Positions 39,518 through 52,135 of a DNA stretch of 64,000 bases are shown here, piece by piece. A program made the translations under genes and the position numbers. This stretch comes from Hydrolagus affinis. Lineage: Eukaryota. The notes under the pieces were generated by a model, which saw only the letters and a program-made list of their open reading frames with translations, made no database searches and was not told the DNA's origin. The DNA lies in contig JAAILG010000128.1 in NCBI GenBank assembly GCA_012026655.1, forward strand, positions 62,001 through 126,000. The letters run 5' to 3'. The stretch's first letter is position 1, and every line of letters begins with the position of its first letter.

Positions 39518-39780
39518 CTACAACAACAACAACAAAATTGCCTTTATAGAGTGCCTTTCAAGTCGGGAGGACGTCCCAAGGTGCTGAACAGTTAGGTCGG
39601 GACCCGAGCAGGGTGGGAAGGGTCGGGGTTGGGGCAGGGGCTTCGGAGAGTAGAAAAGTGGGGAGAGTTAGGAGGGCAACAGAAGGCACGGTCGAAAAGG
39701 AAGGTCTTGAGACCGGCTTTGAAGGAGGAAAAGGGAGGAAGCGAGGCGAAGGGATTGCGGGACGGAGTTCCAGAGTGAGG
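39518..39780 (-). mobile_element. L2 LINE 3' end (parent family of the tail-only insertions)
   Basis: Minus-strand translation 'SSFKAGLKTFLFDRAF'; 3' UTR ends cagcaccttgggacgtcctcccgacttgaaaggcactctataaaggcaattt(tgt)n. Confidence 0.9.
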
Positions 39781-41218
39781 GGGTACTTGTTTGCAAGTTG
39801 CAGGCAATGCAACAGATTAGTCCAGCGTCAAATTACAGTTGACGTTCATCTGCATTTACTTGCCTTTTTGAAATAAAATGGGAAAACCAATTGTTTTTTG
39901 GATGTGATACTCGCAGCCTTTAAATATCACAAATATCTGATCCCAGGAGAATCATATGGTGCAGAACCACTATAGAGTGAGGATGCATCTGCCAGGAGCT
40001 GCAACGGAACAGCCTGGTTGCAGCACAGAGGCAGTGCCTGCCTGTTAAATAGAGACACGTTCTAATTTAAATGTTTCAAAGCCCAAAGAAATCCTGATCA
40101 AATATTGCTTCCAGTCCTGAATAAACATTGTTTCCCGCAAACGAAATGTAAACACCACAGCAACTGTTCTGCCAATTCAAACCCGAAAGACCAGACCATT
40201 TGGGAATTTTTTCTAGCTCCTGAAGGCAGCATGAGATGCATCCAAGGTAATGATGAACTAAGCAAGTTGAAACTTCTCAAGTTGTGTGTGTGTGTATGTG
40301 TGTGTGTATATATACGAATGACTGATATGCAAAGATTTCTTTCAGTATTCTCCACATAAAGAGATGTGGGAAATGCAATCCACACAGGACTGCATGACTG
40401 TGTGCTCAAGTGTCTTTTGATGTGATTTTGTTTGCAAATCTTGTATATTCCTAGAGTTGGCATAATTAGTGGACCGAGAAGGCACTGAAATCCACATCAA
40501 GAAAATGTGAACTGGAGCTGACAGATGGGGATGGTAACACTGACAGCTGCCTCTGACTTGGGGCTACCAAGGCCTTCTGCCCATCTTTAGGGCAGCATGA
40601 CGTCTGTTACAACTTCTGAAGATAAGTATCTTGGATTTGCTACAAAAGATAAGGCGCTGTCCAGAGAAAGATTGTCTCACCCTCGGCATACTTTCCTGCA
40701 ATGGAGAAGTACAAGCTTTGCCGAAAGTTTAGTTCTGCATTCTATTCATGTGAGAAAACTTGAGAACACCAAAGGTGACTTTCAGTATTTCTGCCCGTCA
40801 CTGTGACCTCCTGTGAACCTAATGTTCTGACCAAATGGCACTAACATTTGCCCTTTCCACCTTCAATACCAAATCCTTCAACAATGCTGACTGCTTATTA
40901 CGTGGTGTTGAAGTGGATTAGAAGACACTCTACACATAAGAATTGGAGTATTGTATTGAATACAGATTTCATGTTTTTTTTCTTTAGGAGAGTGTTTAAC
41001 TTATGCAGAAACCCGCCACCATGCTTCAGAGTTTCCAAACCAGATGTGTATTCAGGGAAATATTCTAGTGTCTAGAAGAATGGGACAACCTCTCGTTCGT
41101 CGAAGGAACAACACACCCTGTTCACCTAATCCCAGAAAGTACAAAGCACAGCTTTGTGTGAACCAAGAATTTGTGCCCCCAGATTGTCAGTTGGGGGTAC
41201 TGCTGGAGTTAATCTGTA

Positions 41219-41630
41219 TAATAATAATCCTTAGATTTGATATAGCACCTTTCATGTCATCGAGATTTCTCAAAGCTCTTCAGAGAATATACTGTAAAGT
41301 AGATTGACTGTATTTTGAGAGCAGCAGCCAATTGCGCACAGCAATGTCAAAAAAACGGCAATGGAGTGAGCAACCTATTTTATTTGGGGGATGATAGGCC
41401 TGGACAATAAGAGAAATTCCTTTCTCTTTTGGAAAAGCGCCACAGGATCTTTAACGTCCATCTGAACTGGACCTTGGATTAATGTCTCATCCGAAGGACG
41501 GCACCTCCAATAATACAACACAACCTCAGCACTGCATTGAGTGTCTAGTGACTATGTGATTTCTTGTCCATACAAGGGGCTTGAATCCACAACCTTCCGA
41601 TTCAGAGGCAAGAGTGCGAGCACTGTGTTC
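41219..41630 (-). mobile_element. Full-length tRNA-Deu SINE (family B)
   Basis: Reverse complement of head (ccacaaccttccgattcagaggcaagagtg), Deu body (atgtctcatccgaaggacggcacctcc; ggatctttaacgtcca) and tail. Confidence 0.92.
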
Positions 41631-42249
41631 TGACACAGTAAGATAGTTTGCCATTGAAAGCACAATCTGGCAAGCTTCCAGTTGCTTAGACCACACAATC
41701 CATTAGAAATTGATCTGATTAATGTTAAAATGCTGAGTCTGTTCAATTATGTGTTACCCTAATATTTACCAAAGTTAGTCTTGTTCCCAGCCAGCTGGTT
41801 CAGTCATTCTTCATGAATAGTAAAGGCACACATATTCCCAGAAAGGAAAACAAAATGAAAACAAAACATGCAACAATGGCTGCCCTTGAAGGTGGAAAAT
41901 GTTGCATTTCATAACTGGGATAAAAACTCTGACATTCCATGCGATACTGTATTGACGTTTTAATGCAATAATTACACAGAATCTACTATGAAAAGTTTCA
42001 TATCTTACCCTGATATTGCTGGATTGCTGTACCACTTCACTGTTTCTTTTGCAAGTGAATGCTTGCAAAAGAAAATTATAGATCTATAACCTCTAGACAG
42101 TGAACAATTTAAGCAATTTTTTTTCAGAGGTAATTTTCAGGAAGTTTATGTCTCTCATCTTTCATCCTTCGAGTGCCTTTGTCATGCCATTTTTCTAGCT
42201 CATGTGATATTTTGTCAATTGAATCCATTTGATTTTTCTCTAACTATTG

Positions 42250-42930
42250 CTCAATTCTGAAATACAAAATGGCCTTGCAATTTTGTATGGGTTTTTTGCT
42301 GTCTTTTCCAAAAGAAATCATAAAAAATCTAACAATGTACTTACTGGATGATGTATTGCTTTTTACCCTCCTTGCTTGTTCCCCACCAAAAATTTATGAA
42401 ATTTGTCCTAAATTAACTTTCCCTTGTTTCGTACAATTTCAGGAAATCTGAAAGGTCAATTTCCGACTTTATGCTTAGAAACCTTCAACGTTCCCTATCA
42501 CTGTGGAAGTAAATAGCTCAGTGTGGAGCATGGTCATCAGATCATCCTCCAAATAATCATCCAAACGTCCAACAATGCTGTAACAGTACAGGTTATGACA
42601 CAAAATTACTGGAAACAGCAATGATTGATCCAGAGATTGTGGCATTACCTGGAATAAATGAGATTGTATTTTACTTTCAACATCCCCCACCCCAAGTAGG
42701 CAAATGGTTTGTCAAACCTTCCTTTGTTCAAAAGGGCCTTTCCGTCTGATTGTAGATACTAACGCCCTTGTATAATGCAGATGTGTACGAGCAGACCATT
42801 TTTTAAGCTAAGAACGTAGGTTATGTTCAGTGTGAATCTGCTCCTCTGGAGCACCAATTCATTCTGCCCAGTGGTGGAAGCCATCAATCTTAACGTTGCT
42901 GTTGGGTAACAGGCGAAATCCAACAGCAGG
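42250..42930 (-). pseudogene. Decayed L1/Tx1-type reverse transcriptase core
   Basis: Ordered minus-strand remnants: FRLLPNSNVKI (YRPISLLN.D.KI), IHTEH (IHPDQ), KGPFE (EKAFD), MPQSLDQSLLF (RQG.PLSPLLF), YLEDD (YADD). Confidence 0.45.
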
Positions 42931-43059
42931 CTCCACACTGTGCTGTTATTTCATCCACTAAAGCCTGCGGTAATGTGCTGGTTTAGAAGATTCAGAAGTT
43001 TTCAGTCATTTAAAAACAATGGTCAGGAAAACATTAATTGATGAGGTCTCAGAGGAGAA

Positions 43060-43250
43060 CAATAACACGCATCAAGGCAGTAGAACAAGAGGACAGGTTT
43101 TTGAGTTGCAAAGGGCAATTTCGGGAACAGGCATCAGGAAGTTCTCCTTTGCCCAGAGGGTAATTAATGACTGGAACTAGTTGCCAAGAAAGGTGGTTGA
43201 GGCCAGGACAGTTTCTGCGAGATGGAGTGGTAGAGGCAAGGAGTTCCAAA
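43060..43250 (+). mobile_element. CR1 ORF2 C-terminal fragment
   Basis: Encodes, with a frameshift, RTRGQ...FAQRVINDWN*LPRKVVEA, the CR1 terminal motif. Confidence 0.85.
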
Positions 43251-43470
43251 GGTTAGGGTCATAAGAATTGAATGAAGCCTTTTATTTGGTAACATTGCTG
43301 TTCCAGAACCAGCAGAGAAACTGGTTTTAATCACAAAATCACTTATCAAACTGTTTGATTCTTAATATCGGAACACTTGCAGAGGGAAAGTTGTGTGCTG
43401 AAGCTCCCTGGCTCAATCACTCGTTACTGGGTTAAAAGGGTGGGACATAACAAAAAATTCAGCTTCTTAC

Positions 43471-43588
43471 CTTTGCTTGATTTCAGCTGCTGTAGCCTGA
43501 ATGTATCTAAGCGGTGTGATTTTAATTCATTTGTCCCAAGACTCTGTTAACCAGGGCAATAACCAAGTCTCCTTGGAACGTGTCCTTC
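43471..43588 (-). other. Candidate non-coding internal exon (118 nt)
   Basis: Minus strand: gctttttgtttttctttcgaaaag|GAAGGACAC...AAGCAAAG|gtaaga; stop codons in all three frames; not a repeat found elsewhere in the window. Confidence 0.45.
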
Positions 43589-44547
43589 CTTTTCGAAAGA
43601 AAAACAAAAAGCATATTATTTTCTGACTATTAATATTGTAAAAGCATCATAGATCAAGGGTGCTGGCCAATCCATCATTCATTTCTTCATAAACAATAAA
43701 ATTCTGGATAATTGAATTCATTTCTCAAAAGCGTCAGAAAACATTCATTTTAATATTTGTATTCGGACAAGAAACTCAGACAGAATGTTTTCCTGGGCAC
43801 CAATTAGATGTAAATAGCCCTCCACCATCAACACATTTATTTTAAACCCATGCTCAGACATTGCAGAGAAAACAAATTTCTCTCTAACGATGATTTGTGG
43901 GTGGATGAATATAAAGAGGGTTGCAATTTAGTGGAATATCCGGGTTAACGAACTACATTTCCATGTCTTTGGAAGTGTTCCATTGCTACATTCTGTGCTT
44001 CAATTACAGTCAGAAGTTGTTAGAAGTATTTTTTTAAAACAAATTTGCTCTTTATCAGCTAATATTATTCATTGCTGGACTTGACGAGTGTGGGAAGAAC
44101 TTGAATACATTTCAAAGCTCCAACTCCTGTTTGCAGCGACACGGTTTTCTATGTAAGCACATGTATTATTAATTGACACACCCAATGATGTCTCAGAGTG
44201 TGTATAAAATTTATGTTGTATCATTGTCTTTACTGCCCAATATGTGTTGCAACAGTCCAAAACAACTGTAAATCGCTCGGGAAACTTGGAAGTTTTACAC
44301 TGTTGACAGTTTTTTTTCCCCTGTGACGTGCAGATCTCTAGTGACATATAGAGGACTAATTCCTCGAACGGAATTCATCCCAAATGCTGTTCTCTCACAG
44401 TGTGGCTGATGGTGGGGACAGAGACCAGCTCAGGTGACTGTATTGAAGACTTTCTGTATCAAATAACTTGTGCTGTCTTTGACTTCAAACTCATGCATTT
44501 TATTTCAGGTCTCCCAACAAAAATACACTACAGTATATCCTTTGATC

Positions 44548-44939
44548 CAGTATATCCTCACCCTTGTTTTCAAATCCCTCCACTCCTCTGCACCCCCCTA
44601 CCTTTCTGACGTCCTCTCTCCCAAAACCAGCACCCACTGCCTGCACCGGGTCTGGCCTGCTCCATGTCCACCTAATCCTCCGCTCCACCCTCGACGGCCG
44701 TGCCTTCAGCCACTACGCCCCGAGGCTCTGGAACTCCCTTCCTCACTCCCTTTGCCTCGCCCCCTCTATTCCCAGTTTCAAGTCACAGCTAAAGACCTTT
44801 CTCTTCGACCGCGCCTTTGGTCACCTATCTTCCCCTGCCCCTGGGTTGGTCCCAAGATCCGTTACTGTGAAGCACTCTGAGACACCGTCCAGCGTGGAGG
44901 GTGCTATGTAAATCAAAGTTGTTGTTGTTGTTGTTGTTG
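44548..44939 (+). mobile_element. L2 LINE 3' end with (GTT)7 tail
   Basis: ORF 44564-44911 'GRAFSHYAPRLWNSLPHSLCLAPSIPSFKSQLKTFLFDRAF'; many CpGs retained, so relatively young. Confidence 0.93.
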
Positions 44940-46177
44940 AAGCGCTCTGAGACATCCTGCCAACATGAAAGTGCAATATAAAATGTAAGTATTATTATTA
45001 GAAGTGCATACAAGACAGACTGCAGCGTATTACTGTATTAGTATGTGGTAAAGTGACTTGTGTTCAAAAGGATGTGGTGGAAGCATCATTAATCAGTGAA
45101 TACTATATTATTTTAGTTAGCCAGGTGTCTGATACATGCAAAAACCCATAGCCAATGCTTTAGAGTATCCAACTGAGAATTCCACACGTGTGTGCCACCA
45201 ACACAAGCATGAGTTAGGCAATATTCCTGGGTGTGTGGTCTCTAGTTTGCATTACTTTGCCTTACTGCAGACATTCTGAATCCATGAATGATTCACTGTC
45301 CCCAGTCTGATCCTTGAGATCATTAAGAACCGCCCCGAACAATATCATAAAAAAGATGCCACATTTGATAAGCCTTGTAAAACAGAGAACGGTGGCATTT
45401 TGTTTTCGGAGCCCTGTTCTATACTGTTAATAACCAGATTATTGTCTGTATTGGACCCAGGAGATCGTATGGTGGCCGTACAGCAGTTGCAAAGGTAGGC
45501 CCTTATTCAACCATCATTACAGACTGGGATTAGTGCCACTTGTAACTAAGTATGCCTTAAATTACTATTTATTGTCACTTTTTAAAATCTTCCACTTTTA
45601 AAGTAAGCAATCTAATCTACAGAAGAGTGATCATAGCTTTCTGTAAATTCCACCTCCAGCTTCTGGTATCTGAGCTTTACTTACTGACTGCATTGAAGAC
45701 AGGAGCGGCTGTCAACACATGCACAAAAGCAGCTACGCTGCAGGTGTGAACATAAACTGGATTATTCGATTCACAGCAGCAGCATAGCTAAACAATTTCA
45801 TTCAATTACAGAGCTCTTGCAGGAGGGTTTACCTACGTGTTGTGAGGAGACTCTTGATTACAGGTCAGGAATTAGTGTGGTTCCCCTGCAGACACGTGCC
45901 TCCAGGTTCAGCCTTGAAGGTATTCATCAACATGCCATGCATTCGATAGGAGCAGGTGCTGAATACATTTCTAAGGAAAGAGCCAGACCTGTGACCTAAT
46001 GAATGACCTGGTGAACGAACTAAAGAACATGCATGATCCCTGGGAAAGGATTGGTGAGAGAAGCGAATATAATGAATTCCTGTGTTTATCTAAACCCCGT
46101 TCCTCAAACCATCCACCCAGGTATTGCTGTCCTGTGACTACTTCAGTTGAACAAGTAATTTTAAGTCAACCTCTAGC

Positions 46178-46210
<33 letters not shown>

Positions 46211-46440
46211 CCTTGCATTTAATAGACCGCCTTATCACTTCTTTGAGACGTCTGAAAGGGCTTCACGGAATATATTGTTAAGATAATTGACTGTACATTT
46301 TGTGGGTGAAATGTGGCAGCCAATTGCATACAACAGTGTCCCACAAATAGTTGTGGATTGAGTGACCAAATCATTATTTTTTTTGTTGAAGGGATTATTA
46401 TCCCGAAAAGCGATCCATCCATTGACTAACAAGCAAATTC
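46178..46440 (-). mobile_element. SINE family A (long) 3' two-thirds with (AAT)11 tail
   Basis: (aat)n-ccttgcatt...cagtgtcccacaaatagttgtggattga...aaagcgatccatc. Confidence 0.9.
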
Positions 46441-47009
46441 CTATTTACTGTATCGTGGTAACACGATACGCTCTGTTAACTAAACTCTGAACTGTTGTGC
46501 AGACTCATTGTTATTGCCTGGTCCCCTTATCTTAAATTAGAACAGGGGTCTGTTCTTGGGACAGAGACTGTAAGGCACAAACCTCCATAGTTTGTAAGCA
46601 AAGCTTTACTCTATTCAGTCTCAGTCACTGAGCAGTCAGTGTCAGTCAATGAAGCGGAGCTCCTCACATGCTTTTACATCTATTGACATGAGTAGGAATA
46701 AGTTCTATATTATAGCATTTTCTTCCCACAGCCTGCGCAAGGCAAACATACTGTGGCGGTCTTCAATGCAGAGGATTTAAAATTCATACTTAAAACTACT
46801 TAGCTTCTCATAGTTGGAGAAGGATCTCATCAATGGCAAAACATTGACTTTCACTTTGCTGCAATGCCCCCTTCTTCACAATCAAACAGCCAGCCGACAG
46901 CTAGTGGCTGGGCTCAGTCACCAAGAAGAGCCAGTAAGCGTTATGATCACACATAGAGCGAGACTGCATTGTCAGGAGAAGGGACAAACACTAGAGGCGA
47001 CGTCCTCCA

Positions 47010-47520
47010 CAAATAAACAAGCACATGTAACATATGGAATTGTAATTACTTTTGGCTACATTCTCACAACAAAATGAAAGCAAGACACGCCGAGGCCGAG
47101 GAATGTAATAAAGGCAAATGTCACGCTCGGGTGCGGTGCTTGTCTCCATTTTCCTGCACTACATGGTAATCCTTGTTGACTGTTATACCAATACAATTAT
47201 GAATTGGAGCAAAATACAGTGTTGGTATAATGGCAGGTTGACCTGGGTCACAGAGCCTGGAGTCATAATTCTACCAGTGCTAAAGCGGTGGAACAGGAGC
47301 TCTGTTGTTCTTTCATTCCGGTGTTGTCCTTTGTTCACAACGCTTTTCATTCCCTGTGGAATTTATCTGAGGAAGACATTGCGATTGACTATCGCAGAGC
47401 ATGTAGTGGAATCCTCCGTCAGCTGTCTACTTACTGCCAATGGTTACACAATTGATTGGGGCAGAGATAACTGCTGACCTCCAACTGTACACTGTAGTGG
47501 CCAATCGGAGATGGCAGACG
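47010..47520 (+). pseudogene. Possible decayed Ty3/Gypsy integrase
   Basis: 'AHVTYGIVIT' (H..H.GI..T), then ORF 47118-47477 with 'YMVILVDCYT', 'VVLS...PLFT..F..CGI', 'IAEHVVES' and 'DW', in the order of the integrase core motifs. Confidence 0.4.
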
Positions 47521-48138
47521 TTGATTAATTATTTCCAAACCAGATATGCTATTTCTTCCAGATTTTACTTTTCACATCCAATTATTTCGAATATTTATCC
47601 AGCTGTAGAAAATAAAGTGGTTTCCCTGATAAAAGATGTACAAGGGGACTTATTCACTTTATCAATGACATATGGACTAACTGTGTGCCTAATGAATACT
47701 CATTCTTGACTGTGCACAGGGTCACCTTCCAGCCACAGTCCACTGGGCACTCTGGTGATGAATATCTTGGCTTTCTAACATTGAGCGTTGCCATGTTATA
47801 GGGTAAGAACACAGCCATGAACATCCATCATTATTTTACGGAGCTTGTTGGGTAAATGGATCTATCCCTTTAACAGAACAGTCAAAGACAAGTGCCACGG
47901 ACAGTAGATCCAACAGATTGAACGTTAGGCAGAGGTAGTTGTGGTAATAGACAGTGTTTTGTCTCATGCAAAACCACGGAGCAGTAGAAATCAGCAGCAA
48001 ATCCGTGTTCAACAGTTCAATACAGGCCACAGTGCAGCAGAGTCTGGTCTATCAAAAACTCAAAAGAGCAGAATGATATCTAATGCTTGACACTTAAGAT
48101 AATCGATTCCCCTACACACAGACAAATACCACCCCCCT

Positions 48139-48162
48139 ACACACACACACACACACACACAC
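48139..48162. repeat. (AC)n microsatellite
   Basis: Direct inspection. Confidence 0.95.
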
Positions 48163-48419
48163 AACCACAACATGCATACATACAAGATTTTGTCAAATTG
48201 TCAGAGGAGCATTGCAATAACAGTATTTCATAAAACAGCTCAATCATCAGCTGTTGACACACACCCGTGTCTGTTTGGAAGACGCAGGCAATTAAAATTG
48301 CAAGTAAAACCGCTGATGCCAAAACACAAGCAAAATGTGGTTCCTTCTGTTTAGGAACCGGGCAGGCTAATTATAGGACGGCACCTTATAGGAATGCAAA
48401 CGGTAAAAGCAGAGTGCCT

Positions 48420-48722
48420 TGGAGTCAGAGGGTTCTATAGCCTCAGATTGGGACTTCGGCTAATTCTCCAAAGCAGTGCTGGGGGTAGTCTGCCTGATCA
48501 GGTAGACATTAAAGATCCCACAACACTATGGGAAAAAAACAAGGTAATTTCTCCTGATATCCCAGTATAATGCCCAGATAAAACTAGTCAATGACTTCAT
48601 GGTGGGGTGTAAGACACTGCTATGTGTAAATTAGCCAACAAAATACAGTCACTACAGAAAATCCTGTGAAGCACTTTGAGACATAGAAGATGCTACATCA
48701 AATACAAGGATGATTATTATAA
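48420..48722 (+). mobile_element. tRNA-Deu SINE (family B), diverged
   Basis: gtctgcctgatcaggtagacattaaagatccca...ctgctatgtgtaaattagcc...tgtgaagcactttgagac...atcaaatacaagg. Confidence 0.8.
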
Positions 48723-48921
48723 TACTGTACCTTTCAGTTTTGTTTGTGTTTCTTATCACATAGTAGCCTGGTAATTAATGGAATCAAACAGTGTGACACA
48801 GTTGATTATCTTGTTCAATAAAACCCGTTACCCATCATTTAAACTGAAGATGCAAAGACAAACATGTACCTTTAAAAAGGTTCACACCCTGTTGTTTGCT
48901 GACCTGAATTTGCTTTAACGC

Positions 48922-49140
48922 TGAGTCCTGTAACTTAGCGGTTAGAGCACTTGCCTCGAAAGCGAGAGGAATGGGTTCGAGTGGATTAAGCAAGTTTCCT
49001 TACTCCACACTCCTCTGTTTATCTAGTCGTTGGTAGGAACCTGGTTGTCAGTCGAGTGATGGATCGCTTTCCAGGGGTAATAATCCCTTCCAAAAAAAAT
49101 AATAAATTTACATGATAAGGTGCTATATCAAAGGCGAGTT
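48922..49140 (+). mobile_element. SINE family A (long) with the 3' body deleted
   Basis: Head, then caagtttccttactccacactcctctgtttatctag and ggatcgctttccaggggtaataatcc, joined directly to atgataaggtgctatatcaaa. Confidence 0.85.
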
Positions 49141-51944
49141 TTAAAAAATATATATATTGTTATAACTGGAATATCTGCTTAAAAAGTATCACACCTTGGT
49201 TGCAGGTGAGAAGATTTTGGCAGAACTCAAAGCATGTTTTCCTTTTGTGCAATTTGTGCAAATGATGAATTGCCACATTGTGACTTTTCTGATTGACAGA
49301 AGCTTCTCGAGAGCAAACAGCACCAGGCTTTGAGTGACAGAATATTAGTGTCTGGCTTCAGTCAGCCCGATTGATTTGAGTTGTAAATTAAATGTTGTGA
49401 TGGTATGATTTATAACTATACTCAGCTGAGGTTTGCCTTACGATTCATTAGAGCAGAACCTGAGGACTGGAACATGCAGACAAGTTACTTCTGGATCAAA
49501 TTTCATCAAGTGAAGAATATTGCTCACTGGGGACTCTGAGTGTTTATAGGTTTACACTGTAGGAACCATTTCACAGGCACAACATGTTTATTGAAAAGAC
49601 TGAGATGCAGGACTACTCAGTGACTGTCAGCAAGGATCATTCCTGATTCTATTCCTCAGTGGGGGAATATTTGGATAGCTTTCGCAACAAAAACTCACTG
49701 CCTCTCTGATCTGAAGCAAGTTCTGGAGCATTTCAACTCATGTTTTTACTGTGGGTGTGGGGGCATGGAGAGGTTCCTTCTCCCATTTACAATCTACACA
49801 AGTGTAAGATTTAGCTATTTCACATTAACGTTTTCACAGATTTTCAAAACCCTTTTAAAGACCTACCTTTTTGACAGTGTCTTCGATCACTTTGAGTCTA
49901 TTTACCCCACTTGCCACCTTTCCCCTGGTTTCCACAGGGTAAAGCTGTTCAAGATGCTGCATAAGTGCACAAAGTTGTTATTACTATTGATCAGCACAGT
50001 TTGTTTTTCAACCCTTCATATCACTGGAGCAACGTAACTCATACTTCTGATTCTATCTGTACATCACAGACAAAACCATTCTGGACACCAAAGCTCAACC
50101 CCAGCTTTATAATGAACCAGCCAACAACAACAACTTGCATTTATATAGCACCTATAGAGCTTTCATATCAGAGAATGACAGAAGCTTAAGGCACAGGAGG
50201 ATAATTGTCCTGTCACTTCTCAATAAGCCACCCATTCAATCCCACTATCACGTCCTAGCCCATACTTCTTCAAGCCTTTATCTTTTTTCACCCGTAGACT
50301 ATATTTCCTTGAGCTCATTTGCCAGCGGATAAATAACAAAATAGTTGTTGGAAGCATTTCAATTTCTTTTAATTCAGACTGAATTTAAAGCACGTTTAAA
50401 GTTATACAAAATATTTGCAAACAACCTCATGGATTTTCAATCATACATTAAACCCGCAGATCAAATCTGTGTTAAGTGCATTCCGACTAATTGTATTCAT
50501 CGCCTTTCAGTTACATAGCGCCTCTCACGCAGGGTAGCGTCCCATACTGTGTGGCTACTTTAGAAGCATTAAAGAACTAATGCAAATAGTGGTAATGCAT
50601 TTGCTGTGATAAGACTTCAGGTTCTAAGTAAAAAGACCACAGGTTTAGGGACTGCAGTTGATGGGTTTGTAGTTATCTCAAAAAATCATCAGGAACTCCT
50701 GTGGCCTTCCAATGACTATGATAAATGGCTTTTTTTTGTGTGTGGCTGAGCTTGCTAATGATTTGATGAGACTTTCTATATGAATTCCGTTCCTAAGGGA
50801 TAGCTTTTGTAAGGTTAGCTATGACATTGGAGAATGAAACAGCAATGGCCTAAGGAAGGGGATGAGGACAAGATTAGATATGAAGGAATGCATCAAAATA
50901 TACCACAGCAAAGCCTCATTAAAATCAATTGCTTTTTTTTCCCTCCCATTGCTTTCCCTGTGTATTATTTTTTTAAAGAAAAACACGCGCAGGTACTCTG
51001 GACTGAGTACCTTACGCTTAATCAAAGTGCGCACCTAATACAGTTTATTGAAACAAATATTTTTTAATATAAAAATGTTGTGGTGGGTCATCGCGTAGAA
51101 ATTACATTTCGTCAAATCCTTAGCAAGGGAGCTAGGAGGCTGAGATTTAACTTGACAATAATCTATGAAGCAATGGGTGGGGGGGACATAATGTTACATA
51201 ATGATCAACGCCTTTTGTTATGATTATTTATTCATCTAAACGTGTGTGTGCACCAGGTTCTGAATTCTTTAAATACCAAATTAGCATTTAGAAATCTAGC
51301 TTTGGGAACAAGCGTGAACTCAACAACTTTTATCATGTTCAAATGATCTATTTTATGAACCAAATACATTTTTTTTTGGTGCCAAATACTATAGTTGATG
51401 CAATGTTTTATTTGGAAGAGGTCGTGTTCTTGCTATTTATGTCACCGTTCCTTGTTTTATAAAATGAGAACTTTTTTTTTCTTTGCTCCCTCTGCACTGT
51501 CAATATGTTGGAGAGCCTGATTTATTTTAGTGCACTTTTCTTACCACCAAAGACATGCTGTGATCTTGCAAAAGCATTGGTTCAGTCAGCCTTTAGCCCT
51601 ACATTGTTAAAATCACTTGTCAAGGTTCTTCAAATAATAAATGGCTTGCAGGTCGGCGAGACGAGCCAAGTGAACGTCCTGAAAGTTGCCAGGGGGGTTT
51701 AGTCCACAAAACGAACATAATTTAGAATAAAGTCATTTATTCTTGATCCACGGGAGCCATTTCCTCAATGGACCATACTTTCATTATTAATGGTCTTTAC
51801 ACAGCCAGTGGTCATACACTGACCAGGCCAGAGACAAGCACTTCAATGGGAACAAATGCATTTATGAATGTTCTGAGATATTTTCAAGAGCGTTGTTATT
51901 TTAATTAATAACACTCTCTAAAATTGAACTCTTTTCCACAATGC

Positions 51945-52135
51945 AATGCAGTATAAAATTTACGTTTATATGACGCCTTTCACGGCTGGAGGAAGTGCTA
52001 AGGTGCTTTACAATCCTGGCTCAGAACCCAAGCTGAGGGTGGGGTGGGTGGGGGGTGGAGAGATGATCGACAGCGCGGTCAAAAAGGTAGGACTTGAAAC
52101 AGACCTTGAAAGAGTTGAGGGAGGTTGCCAGTCAG
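51945..52135 (-). mobile_element. L2 3' end, diverged
   Basis: Tail motif plus gcggtcaaaaaggtaggacttgaaac (reverse complement of the ..YLFDRA coding region). Confidence 0.75.
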
